IMG/VR virus record: IMGVR_UViG_3300010049_000010
Location: 64,749 to 128,748 of that record
Reading direction: 5' to 3' (one strand)
From: a virus
Taxonomy: Duplodnaviria; Heunggongvirae; Uroviricota; Caudoviricetes
Length of the DNA: 64,000 nucleotides
Below, piece after piece: positions 18,480 to 27,074 of the stretch. Numbering within the stretch: the first letter of the stretch is position 1; each line of letters starts with the position of its first letter. The notes under the pieces are model-generated. The model was not told the DNA's origin. It saw only the letters and a program-made list of their open reading frames with translations, and made no database searches. Both the position numbers and the translations under genes were made by a program.

Positions 18480-20541
18480 CCTTAATTATAATTTCATCTT
18501 CCTCATCAATCATTCCGTATCTTTTAACTTTTATTTTTTGTGTTTCACCAAAGATAATTTTCTTTCCAGTTTCTTCACATTCAATTTCAATTACTTTAGT
18601 ATGAATTGGTTTAACAAAAGTTCCAACAGTTGTAGCTGAGTGAGCATCTTTATGTCCCTTTTCACCGTAGATTTCATAAGCAATTTGATCCACTCCGCCT
18701 TTGCTAATTCCATTATCAGCGAGTGCAAGACGAAATTGAAGTGAAGCAAAGTCGGCGGAAATTACAAGCCACTCGTCACTGTTATGTGATTCTGGTTCTC
18801 CAATTAAATCATCTTCTAATTGAGTAAGATTAGGCGGAGCTTCAAATAATTTCTTAATATGTTTAGCGATAGTTGAACCTGATGGTATTTGTTGAAAATT
18901 TGGATCATTCATTGCGTGGCGGAAACTTTCTGTACCGAATGTATTACAATTCGGATGTATTCTCCAAGTTCCATCTTCATGTTGCACCATCCATTTTCTC
19001 CAACCTTCAATAAATGTTCCTAATGCAACGTTATATGATCTAAAGTCTTTAAGTGTTTTAATTCCCGGAAGATTCAATAATTCATACTCATTAAGAACTG
19101 GGTCACCTGTTCCATATCCTCCGGCTTTTGATTCTGAGACTTTTGGCCATTTCATTTTCTCAAATAAAGCGCCTAATTCTTTTGGAGATTCAAATTTATA
19201 ATTTTCATCTACATTCCAAACTTTGGCTAATTCTTTTCTTAATTCTATTATTTTATCTCTAATTATTTTTTCAGACGCATCAAATTTTGCTGGACTAAAA
19301 TATATTCCTTCATATTCTACTTCAGTAACAGTGTTTGCGTTTGGTATCATTATTTCTTTATAGAAACGATTTATAGTCCATTCGGGTTGTTTCTCATTTG
19401 GGAATTTTTTATCTAACCATTTGCAGTGTTCATCGAGCGCTAACTGTAATCTCCAAGTCACTATTGGATCTAAACCGGCATATTTACAAAGCACCCCTCT
19501 CGGAATTTCGAGATAATTATTTACTTTTAATTTCTTTTTAATTTTATCTAATTCGTCATCATAGCCTATAAACTTTCCACAATAAAATACTGCCCCAGTT
19601 TTTAATCCCTTCGGCCTTCCTGAATTTATCGCATGAGATAATAAAGCCGTATCATCTGTTGGAAACCAACCTTTAACACCGTTCCACCAAATAAACTTCA
19701 TATCGAACTTTGCGTTAGATAAAGTGATTCGTCTAGCAGAAGTCAGTACTTGTTTTAATATTCTTTTATCTACAAGTTCCCAAGGTAATACGAAGCCGGT
19801 ATAACCATCATTGCTAAATTGAATATAACCTAATTTATCTCGTATAAAATGGAAACCGCCTGTTTCTGTATCAACTGCCAATAATTCAGAATTGACAAGT
19901 GATTTTAATATATCAGAAGCTTCTTCTTTAGAATTGGCCAAGACGATACTATAATCTCTATCATCAAGTGATTTAGTAGTCATATCATCATTTTGAATTA
20001 ATTTTAATCTTGAACGAAAAGTTTTAGTAAAGAAGTTAGTTGGATCATTTCCCAATTGAATCGGATATAAATCTTTAATGTTTGCGACTGGATAAATCCA
20101 TTTGTCGGGACCGCCAATAAATTCCGAACCGCAAAAATATCTTGGACTATTCAATTTATCATCAATAAATTCATAATAGTTTACGTCACCTGATTTGTTT
20201 AGAATACGAATTGTTGATCCGAAAGCGATTATACATTCGCATTCTGTTTCATCAAAACTTAGATATTGTCTCCAAGGACTTTCAATTGAGAGTAAAAATG
20301 TAGTTGAATCTTCTTTTGGATTTTTTACAGATATTGCAGATACAATATTATATGATTTAATACCTGCTTTAATTATATCTTTTTCTAAAGTGTCTAAATA
20401 TATTTTTGATAAAATATCATCAACCAGAAAGAGATAATATTTCTCCCCTGGTTGATATTTTTCGCGTAATAAGCAATCATGCTTTTCTAAATTTTGTTTA
20501 GGTTTTTCCGTTTGTCGAACGCCACCAAAGTTAAATGCCAT
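18436..20541 (-). CDS. family-A DNA polymerase, N-terminal fragment (3'-5' exonuclease plus palm motif A)
   Basis: Exonuclease motif I LLAVDTETGG, motif II SNAKFDMKFI and motif III KYAGLD. The pre-motif-A signature NTFGTESFRHAMNDPNFQQIP matches TGRLSSxxPNLQNIP, and motif A is VISADFASLQFRLAL. Confidence 0.8.
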   Translation of the reverse strand: MAFNFGGVRQTEKPKQNLEKHDCLLREKYQPGEKYYLFLVDDILSKIYLDTLEKDIIKAGIKSYNIVSAISVKNPKEDSTTFLLSIESPWRQYLSFDETECECIIAFGSTIRILNKSGDVNYYEFIDDKLNSPRYFCGSEFIGGPDKWIYPVANIKDLYPIQLGNDPTNFFTKTFRSRLKLIQNDDMTTKSLDDRDYSIVLANSKEEASDILKSLVNSELLAVDTETGGFHFIRDKLGYIQFSNDGYTGFVLPWELVDKRILKQVLTSARRITLSNAKFDMKFIWWNGVKGWFPTDDTALLSHAINSGRPKGLKTGAVFYCGKFIGYDDELDKIKKKLKVNNYLEIPRGVLCKYAGLDPIVTWRLQLALDEHCKWLDKKFPNEKQPEWTINRFYKEIMIPNANTVTEVEYEGIYFSPAKFDASEKIIRDKIIELRKELAKVWNVDENYKFESPKELGALFEKMKWPKVSESKAGGYGTGDPVLNEYELLNLPGIKTLKDFRSYNVALGTFIEGWRKWMVQHEDGTWRIHPNCNTFGTESFRHAMNDPNFQQIPSGSTIAKHIKKLFEAPPNLTQLEDDLIGEPESHNSDEWLVISADFASLQFRLALADNGISKGGVDQIAYEIYGEKGHKDAHSATTVGTFVKPIHTKVIEIECEETGKKIIFGETQKIKVKRYGMIDEEDEIIIKGAEFQQTDEWIDYA

Positions 20542-20551
20542 ATAAATTAAA

Positions 20552-21304
20552 TTAACTTAATTGAATATTTTCTTTTTTAGATTTTGAACCTTTAACAGGA
20601 ATTTGATTTGGAATAATTGCGCTCTTTTTTGGAACAGTAATAGAAAGCATTCCATTTTCTAATTCAGTTGATGCGTCTTGCAGAGAATATTCATCTGAGT
20701 CTATATAAATATTTATCTCTTGAGTAGTTTCTTTTAAACCTTGACAAATATAGATATAATCTTCTCCAATTAAATCATCATCTATATTTCGAGCAAATAA
20801 TTTGAGCATGAAACCATCTTTAATTATTTGTAGAAATATTCTATCAGAAGTGTAACCAGCAATTCCAATTTCGTAAATAATATTTTCATAATTGTCTTTT
20901 TTAATATTATATGGCAATTTTGAGTCTATTAAATCTTTATCTAGTTTATTTGGAACATTTTTTTGTCTGTGATAAAATTTAATTTCTTCTTCTGTTTGAG
21001 GTTGTATGTTTGGAATGATGTGAACCGCTGGAACTGATTTTACAGTGCCTGGAATTAATTCATCAGTGTTCCAACCATTATTCCAATGACCACCAGTCGT
21101 TCCATTTCTTTGATTATAAAAATCATCGATATGCATTGGATTATAATCTACAATGTGATTATTTTCTGGACGATAAGTCCAATCAGTGTTAGTAGTTACA
21201 CGATAGTGACCTGTTACATCTCCAGTAGTATTTTGATGATTAGACATCGAAACATTTCTACCTTGAGATCCGAATACTGCTTTGAATTTTTCTTTTGTGT
21301 TCAT
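20552..21304 (-). CDS. Hsp20/alpha-crystallin-like protein
   Basis: C-terminal ENGMLSITVPKK matches the alpha-crystallin-domain signature GVLTxxxPK. GGAGGA Shine-Dalgarno site upstream. Confidence 0.45.
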   Translation of the reverse strand: MNTKEKFKAVFGSQGRNVSMSNHQNTTGDVTGHYRVTTNTDWTYRPENNHIVDYNPMHIDDFYNQRNGTTGGHWNNGWNTDELIPGTVKSVPAVHIIPNIQPQTEEEIKFYHRQKNVPNKLDKDLIDSKLPYNIKKDNYENIIYEIGIAGYTSDRIFLQIIKDGFMLKLFARNIDDDLIGEDYIYICQGLKETTQEINIYIDSDEYSLQDASTELENGMLSITVPKKSAIIPNQIPVKGSKSKKENIQLS

Positions 21305-21490
21305 AATTCCTCCTAGCGAATTACTTATTTGTGTGGTCCATTTTACTGCGACCTAATAGTTAGTTAAAATTCGGGTTACCGCGTCCAGATTCCGCCTCGC
21401 GATAAATTCCCCGGACAGATTTCTTCATCCGTTTTTAAATACATCTCTTGTTAACCTTGCTCCCAAGTCGATCGAGAAGTTATTATTATA

Positions 21491-22129
21491 TTAACTGAAA
21501 ATATCGGGCAATTCTTCCCTGCATTTATCTCGTAACATATTAAATACTGCTTGAACATCGGGATGTGCTTTTTTACTGCATCGTAAATTAAACATATGAA
21601 ATAATTGACGCCAGTTACATTTCATATAAATATCACACTTAGTTGCAAGTGGTAAAACAGACGCAGCATTTTCAGCATTTAATTTATTATCTAATAATTC
21701 AAGATATCTTTGTTCTGATTCAATCATTGAATGATACCAAACACTATATTGTTTATTAAGTGAGCCATCTTCATTTTCTTGTTTAAGAACTGTCGGTTGC
21801 ACTACTGTAATTTCATTACCAAATTTATCTTTACTATAATTACAGTAACGTGTAGATTCAATTGCGAATGAACAATGACGATGTCGAGTAATGTCTCGCT
21901 TTGATCTAATATCAGTTGTGATTTTACAAATAAAATTACCAAATTCAATCATTGCACCATGGTCTTCTTTTAATAACATTTGATCAAATTTAATATAACT
22001 TGTATCAGTAATTTTATCACCTGATTTCCAACAATTGCGACCAGCTAATTCGATAAATTTTGCTTCCATTTCCCATTGTTCTTTAGTTGCAGGATAAATT
22101 ATTTCTGCACTATGTTGTACTATTTTCAT
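21491..22129 (-). CDS. thyX: flavin-dependent thymidylate synthase ThyX
   Basis: The ThyX signature RHRHCSFAIES (RHR-x7-S) and a length of 212 aa. Confidence 0.8.
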   Translation of the reverse strand: MKIVQHSAEIIYPATKEQWEMEAKFIELAGRNCWKSGDKITDTSYIKFDQMLLKEDHGAMIEFGNFICKITTDIRSKRDITRHRHCSFAIESTRYCNYSKDKFGNEITVVQPTVLKQENEDGSLNKQYSVWYHSMIESEQRYLELLDNKLNAENAASVLPLATKCDIYMKCNWRQLFHMFNLRCSKKAHPDVQAVFNMLRDKCREELPDIFS

Positions 22130-22401
22130 TTTAAATGCTCCGATAATAAGTGATATGTAATTAAAACTGCTGCAAAAACTCCAGCGTTTCCAAAAAATGA
22201 ATCCATAAATGAAACTGATATTAAACTAATCATAAAAATAACGATTTTATCAATTATTTTTACGATTTTCTCTTTCTTTGATTCTTTCATTTTCATAGAT
22301 TAACTTTGCTTCCATTTCTTCTCGAACTCGACGATATAAAATAAGAAACTCTTTCATCTCTTTGATTTCATCCTCGTTCTGTTTTTCTTTCTTGTTATTC
22401 A

Positions 22402-22602
22402 TTAGAATCTAATTGTATGGACTTGAGGTCCCTGTTGTTGCATTCTTTCCATTTGCATTCTCTGATCTTGAGTAAGTTCCATATCTCCCCTTACACCACA
22501 TTTTTGACATGCAACTGGGAAACCTTCGTGAATTTTATAAACTAATAACGATTGGCATTCTTGGCATTGAGCCACACTGTAAGCCATTGATTTTAATATC
22601 AT
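22402..22602 (-). CDS. small zinc-ribbon protein
   Basis: CQECQ … CQKCG. Confidence 0.4.
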   Translation of the reverse strand: MILKSMAYSVAQCQECQSLLVYKIHEGFPVACQKCGVRGDMELTQDQRMQMERMQQQGPQVHTIRF

Positions 22603-22728
22603 AATTTTAAAGAAATGGCGATAGAATTTTTGGATATTCTTCTATCGCCGTTCTCCTTTTACGGAGACCGATGCCAGATATTTATAGAGCGCAGCACCTC
22701 GCTCATATATTTAGTATATTAACTACTC

Positions 22729-22758
22729 AAAAAAAAATACTCTCCTCGAAAGGAGAGT
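22729..22758 (-). terminator. rho-independent terminator (minus strand)
   Basis: Perfect 8-bp stem actctcct/aggagagt with loop cgaa, followed on the minus strand by T9. Confidence 0.7.
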
Positions 22759-22957
22759 CAATCAAACTGCATTTTTAATTTTAAGCCAGGATGCAGTAAA
22801 CTAGGCTAATCATTTCCAAGTTTAATTAAAAATGACATTAATCTATTATGTTTGGTTATTATTGGTCCATTTCTTAAATCAAGTTTTTTAGGCCAAAATA
22901 ATTTTCTTGCCAAACGTTTAAAAGGGTTTTTTATTGGTTCAAAATCTTTACAAAACA

Positions 22958-23371
22958 TCAATATCCTCCTTCTTGTTCTATAAACAGTTCATCGTCAGAC
23001 CATTTAATTTCAGCATTGCATAAATAAGCATCAATTGAGTCACCGCAATCATCACCAAAACCACCTGTATAAACAGTCCAATCTTTTTTCAAATAACTTA
23101 GAATAATATCATCAATTTCAGTTTCATCTTCTAAACCATATTCTTCGCAATATTCTTTGATGCCTTTTACACCTTTATATTCTTCTCCATTTTCACATGC
23201 CGCGACGAATGTTTTACCCCAACCTTTAAAAGAGTTTTTAATTGGATAATTTTCTGGCGTAACACCAAATATCTCATCAATTTTCTTTTCAAGATCTTTT
23301 TTATTTCCATTAAATGCTAACACAAATGATGATGAACTTGAATTGCTCACGAATCCATTTCTAATTTTCAT
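22958..23371 (-). CDS. MKIRNGFVSNSSSSSF-family protein (paralog 1)
   Basis: Its N-terminal 16 aa are shared with the ORFs at 24035 and 30393. Confidence 0.55.
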   Translation of the reverse strand: MKIRNGFVSNSSSSSFVLAFNGNKKDLEKKIDEIFGVTPENYPIKNSFKGWGKTFVAACENGEEYKGVKGIKEYCEEYGLEDETEIDDIILSYLKKDWTVYTGGFGDDCGDSIDAYLCNAEIKWSDDELFIEQEGGY

Positions 23372-23539
23372 ATCTGTTTCCTTTTTTCTTTAATTTTTTC
23401 TAATATTTCTATTTCTCTTTGTATTGCGCTAATTGATCTATCTTCAACTGTAAGAAAATTATCAGCTATAGCGATACATTCTAATTTTTCACATAATGCT
23501 GTACAATTACAAGTATCATCTTTATTCAAATATCCACAT

Positions 23540-23878
23540 TTATCCATTTTTTACTTCCCAATCTTGTTCGTTATTTAAATGTCCATTTTTATCAATAGTT
23601 TCATAAATATCTGCTTTGTATTCAAAGCCATTTCTTTCTAAGTTTCTTTTTACACGTCTCAATAAAGTTTTATCCATTATTAAAATACTTTCTTCCAAAA
23701 ACATTAAAGCTTTAATTCCAGTAAACCATAATGGGGGAGTGAGTAGAATTAACATTCCGATGTGATGATCAGCACCAAAATAAATTATAAATGGTATCGC
23801 AAAAATAAATAATATTACACAATAAGAAATAAGTTTAATGAAACAATAAATTAAATCTCTTGTAAATGATTTAAACAT
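23540..23878 (-). CDS. small membrane protein (two TM helices)
   Basis: Hydrophobic helices. Confidence 0.4.
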   Translation of the reverse strand: MFKSFTRDLIYCFIKLISYCVILFIFAIPFIIYFGADHHIGMLILLTPPLWFTGIKALMFLEESILIMDKTLLRRVKRNLERNGFEYKADIYETIDKNGHLNNEQDWEVKNG

Positions 23879-24034
23879 CTATATCCTCGATTAAGTTTTC
23901 TATTCCGTCTCTGAAAGCATCAATCATATCTTGATAAATTTCTTCTTCTGTCAATTCTCCCGAATCATCCATTGACATATTTTCCGTAATTTCCAAAATA
24001 GATTTTAGTCGTTCAATAATTAATGCTTGTGTCA

Positions 24035-24400
24035 TCATCCTTCTCCATCACCTGTGACGATAATTAAGTCGTCTTTAGTTTTTCCAGTTATTTTTAATAA
24101 TTCTTTTATTTCTGTTTTCTCATGTATGTCTTTAATAGGAAGCACCATTTGCCCAATGCAGCAGTCTTCATAATCTATATGAAGCATTGTAGCTCCAATA
24201 TATTCTTTATCATCAACCGTTTCATGCTGTAAATTTAAATGGTCAGAAAAAACATAATATGGCCCACTGTTAAATTTATCTTCTAAATTTTTATCCGTAT
24301 TATATTTTTCAATAATGTCTTTTATATCGTCAACTTGAATCGCAACTAAAATAAAACTACTTGCAGAACTATTAGATACGAAGCCATTTCTTATTTTCAT
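24035..24400 (-). CDS. MKIRNGFVSNSSASSF-family protein (paralog 2)
   Basis: Shared N-terminus. Confidence 0.55.
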   Translation of the reverse strand: MKIRNGFVSNSSASSFILVAIQVDDIKDIIEKYNTDKNLEDKFNSGPYYVFSDHLNLQHETVDDKEYIGATMLHIDYEDCCIGQMVLPIKDIHEKTEIKELLKITGKTKDDLIIVTGDGEG

Positions 24401-24409
24401 ATTATTTCC

Positions 24410-25585
24410 TTATGGAAGCATTTTAGCTACAACGGCTTTAATATCAGGATTTTCTATAATTATAGAAATACCATTAGGTTGATCCATTTTAGTAGACGAA
24501 TATTTAATAGTAAATGTTTCATATTTATTTAACATATTTTCTAATATCTTAAAGTGTTGCGTTGGAATAATGAACTCAAAATCATCTTTTCCATCTGTAT
24601 CAGCAGTAATCTCAACAGGTAATACAGTTCTAATTTCTACTTCCATATTATCATAGAATAATTCTATTTCTTTATTTTTCTTAAATCCTTTTGGGGTTCG
24701 GAAATTAACTTGAGAATATCTCCAAGATGTAGAATCAAATACGCCGTCAAATTCAGATATAACTTCAAAGAACTTTTTCGTATTTATTTCAGTTGTGATT
24801 AATTTTGTGTCTACTGGGCAAATTGCGTCTAGATCTTGTTCAGTAGGATAAGTCCAACTAAAAGTTTTCGGCACAAATATAATCTGTATTCCATAATTTG
24901 CAATATCAAAATAGAAAAATTTCTTATCAGATGATATCTTAAATGAATCAACGTTCTTAAATAACGATATAATATCTCTATCAATTAAGATTTCTTCTGT
25001 TTTTGGCACTGATTTTTCTTTTGCGCTAATAATACAAAGATTATCAGCCGTTTTAATATAATTTTTACCAATCATTATTTGATGATTAGTGTCTTGAAGC
25101 TTTGTAACGTTAGCTAAATCAGTCATTACGTCTTTTGACGTTAAGCTTATTTCAATAGGCGCTTTGAACTCAGGCAACGCTAATTTAGTTTTTATATTGT
25201 TTTGGATTTCTTTAAGAGCAGCTGCATCTAATGATGATGATATGAGAGCTTGATTTATTACTATTTTACTAGTCTTTGATTTAACTGTCATTTTATCATT
25301 TGCGATAGAGATGTTGATTTCATCAGACTTAGTTTTCTCTAAATAAGTAATAAACTTAGATAATTCTAAACTAAATGATAATTCATCTTTACTGTCAACA
25401 TCGAAAGCAGCTTCTATGTGGCCCGCTCCTGCCGTATCAGCAATTCCGTAAATCAGTAATTTATTCTTGTTAAGAATAAAAACGTGCTTTTCAGCGATTG
25501 GAGAAAAATTCTCCATTTTTTTAATGTAATCTGATAATACTTTTAACCGACTTATTTGGTCTTTTTTAATTATGAACTCTGTCAT
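24410..25585 (-). CDS. possible DnaN-like sliding clamp
   Basis: 391 aa. The N-terminal pattern (ISRLKVLSDYI … KLLIYGIADTAGAGHIEAAF) resembles a beta-clamp domain I. AGGAG Shine-Dalgarno site. Weak call. Confidence 0.35.
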   Translation of the reverse strand: MTEFIIKKDQISRLKVLSDYIKKMENFSPIAEKHVFILNKNKLLIYGIADTAGAGHIEAAFDVDSKDELSFSLELSKFITYLEKTKSDEINISIANDKMTVKSKTSKIVINQALISSSLDAAALKEIQNNIKTKLALPEFKAPIEISLTSKDVMTDLANVTKLQDTNHQIMIGKNYIKTADNLCIISAKEKSVPKTEEILIDRDIISLFKNVDSFKISSDKKFFYFDIANYGIQIIFVPKTFSWTYPTEQDLDAICPVDTKLITTEINTKKFFEVISEFDGVFDSTSWRYSQVNFRTPKGFKKNKEIELFYDNMEVEIRTVLPVEITADTDGKDDFEFIIPTQHFKILENMLNKYETFTIKYSSTKMDQPNGISIIIENPDIKAVVAKMLP

Positions 25586-25604
25586 TTTAACTCCTGTTTT
25601 TATA

Positions 25605-25859
25605 TTAACTTAAACCTTCTAGGACCATTTTTAAGTTGTCAAGCAAACAAGGTCCATTTTGGCCTTGTCCATTTATTCCAACTGTTTCGAGATATAAAGT
25701 TTCCTCATCTTTTCCGTATTCCCATTCAATAAGAACTGCCCACTGTCCAATCATTCCCCTAACTTTACACATTTCTTGATCGGGAAAATCAGTTGCAGTG
25801 TCAATTACAAATTTTTCGGACAATAAATCTTTTAATTTTAATCTTAATTCATCTTTCAT
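25605..25859 (-). CDS. hypothetical small protein
   Basis: ORF; the A/T box abuts its start. Confidence 0.4.
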   Translation of the reverse strand: MKDELRLKLKDLLSEKFVIDTATDFPDQEMCKVRGMIGQWAVLIEWEYGKDEETLYLETVGINGQGQNGPCLLDNLKMVLEGLS

Positions 25860-25881
25860 AGAGTTATATTAACTAATTATT

Positions 25882-26133
25882 ATGAAATGGTCATTTAAGA
25901 TTGAGAAGAAAGTTCTTAAGACATTGTTAGAATTAGCTGCTGATTATGATGAAGCTAATAAAATTATGGAAAAATATACAGATGCTCCAGCTATTAAAGA
26001 TAAATTACAGCTATTAGAAGAACTTTATGGTGACCAAATTCAAATACTAGATGACCATAAACATGACGGAAGTAATCCCAGAACAGATTATGAAGTTATG
26101 ATAGCAACTATAATAAATAAGAAATGGTGGTAA
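25882..26133 (+). CDS. hypothetical small protein
   Basis: ttaactaattatt-ATG. Confidence 0.4.
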   Translation: MKWSFKIEKKVLKTLLELAADYDEANKIMEKYTDAPAIKDKLQLLEELYGDQIQILDDHKHDGSNPRTDYEVMIATIINKKWW

Positions 26134-26136
26134 ACA

Positions 26137-26457
26137 GTGCACTCAAGATATGACTATTTTAAAGATTCACAAGTTTTAGATGTTGATGGTCAATTATTTC
26201 CAGATCCTCTTTTTAATTATAATATTGGCGCAATTTCTAAATTACCTACTGAATATAAAATTACAGTAAGAGATTTAACTCGTTTTTGGACTTTTATGTG
26301 GGAACAGTATGGAATGAATGAAAAAGATGACCAATTTCTAAACATTAATGGAATTAAATATATAATGGACCTCAAACCAGGTGACACAGTTTATAAAGTA
26401 GTTCCTGAAGATTTAGATGGATTTTTTAAGAACAAACAGATCGGAAAAGAAGAATAA
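26137..26457 (+). CDS. hypothetical small protein
   Basis: ORF only. Confidence 0.4.
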   Translation: MHSRYDYFKDSQVLDVDGQLFPDPLFNYNIGAISKLPTEYKITVRDLTRFWTFMWEQYGMNEKDDQFLNINGIKYIMDLKPGDTVYKVVPEDLDGFFKNKQIGKEE

Positions 26458-26458
26458 A

Positions 26459-27025
26459 TTATTTTTTCATTATATCTAATAATTCGTAAATAAAATCCCA
26501 CTGTTCATTTGTAAAAACGTAACGTTTATCTTTCCTGCATTTATCAGCCCAACTTTGGGGTGTATTTCCTCTTTCTTCAGCAGTTGCACACCAATCTGCA
26601 GCTAATTCAATAAGCGCTTCATCGTCCATTTTCTCGCCATTTACAGATTTTAATTCTGTGTTGTCTCTATCATTAAAATCTGTAACTTGTCTTGGAGTGA
26701 AGTCATCATCCCAATATTCAGGGTGATGAGAATTATTTACAATATGACTAACAGTCGCATCATCTAAATCAGAAGTATATTCTAAATCACATTCTAAATT
26801 ATTTAATTTACAATGATATAAATAAGATATAACGCAATATTGGTCATAAACTGCTCCACCTACACATTTATCTTTATCATGTTTAAAAGCAATGAGTTCA
26901 GCATCATTTTCTGAAAAATCTAATTCCTTAGCTAATTCAGATTTGGCGAATTTTTTAAGATATTTTTCAACTCTTTCACGATGAATATTTATTCTTTCAT
27001 TATGAATCTGTTCTATTTTAATCAT
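26459..27025 (-). CDS. hypothetical protein
   Basis: ORF only. Confidence 0.4.
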   Translation of the reverse strand: MIKIEQIHNERINIHRERVEKYLKKFAKSELAKELDFSENDAELIAFKHDKDKCVGGAVYDQYCVISYLYHCKLNNLECDLEYTSDLDDATVSHIVNNSHHPEYWDDDFTPRQVTDFNDRDNTELKSVNGEKMDDEALIELAADWCATAEERGNTPQSWADKCRKDKRYVFTNEQWDFIYELLDIMKK

Positions 27026-27074
27026 TAATCACCGTCAAAATGATGATCTAATTCTTTTAAGTTTTGTTCTTTCA

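Noticed and set aside
22603-22957. Possible tRNA or CRISPR array in the long noncoding spacers
   Set aside because: I found no cloverleaf-compatible GTTC or T-loop features and no repeat-spacer periodicity. Only isolated hairpins are present.
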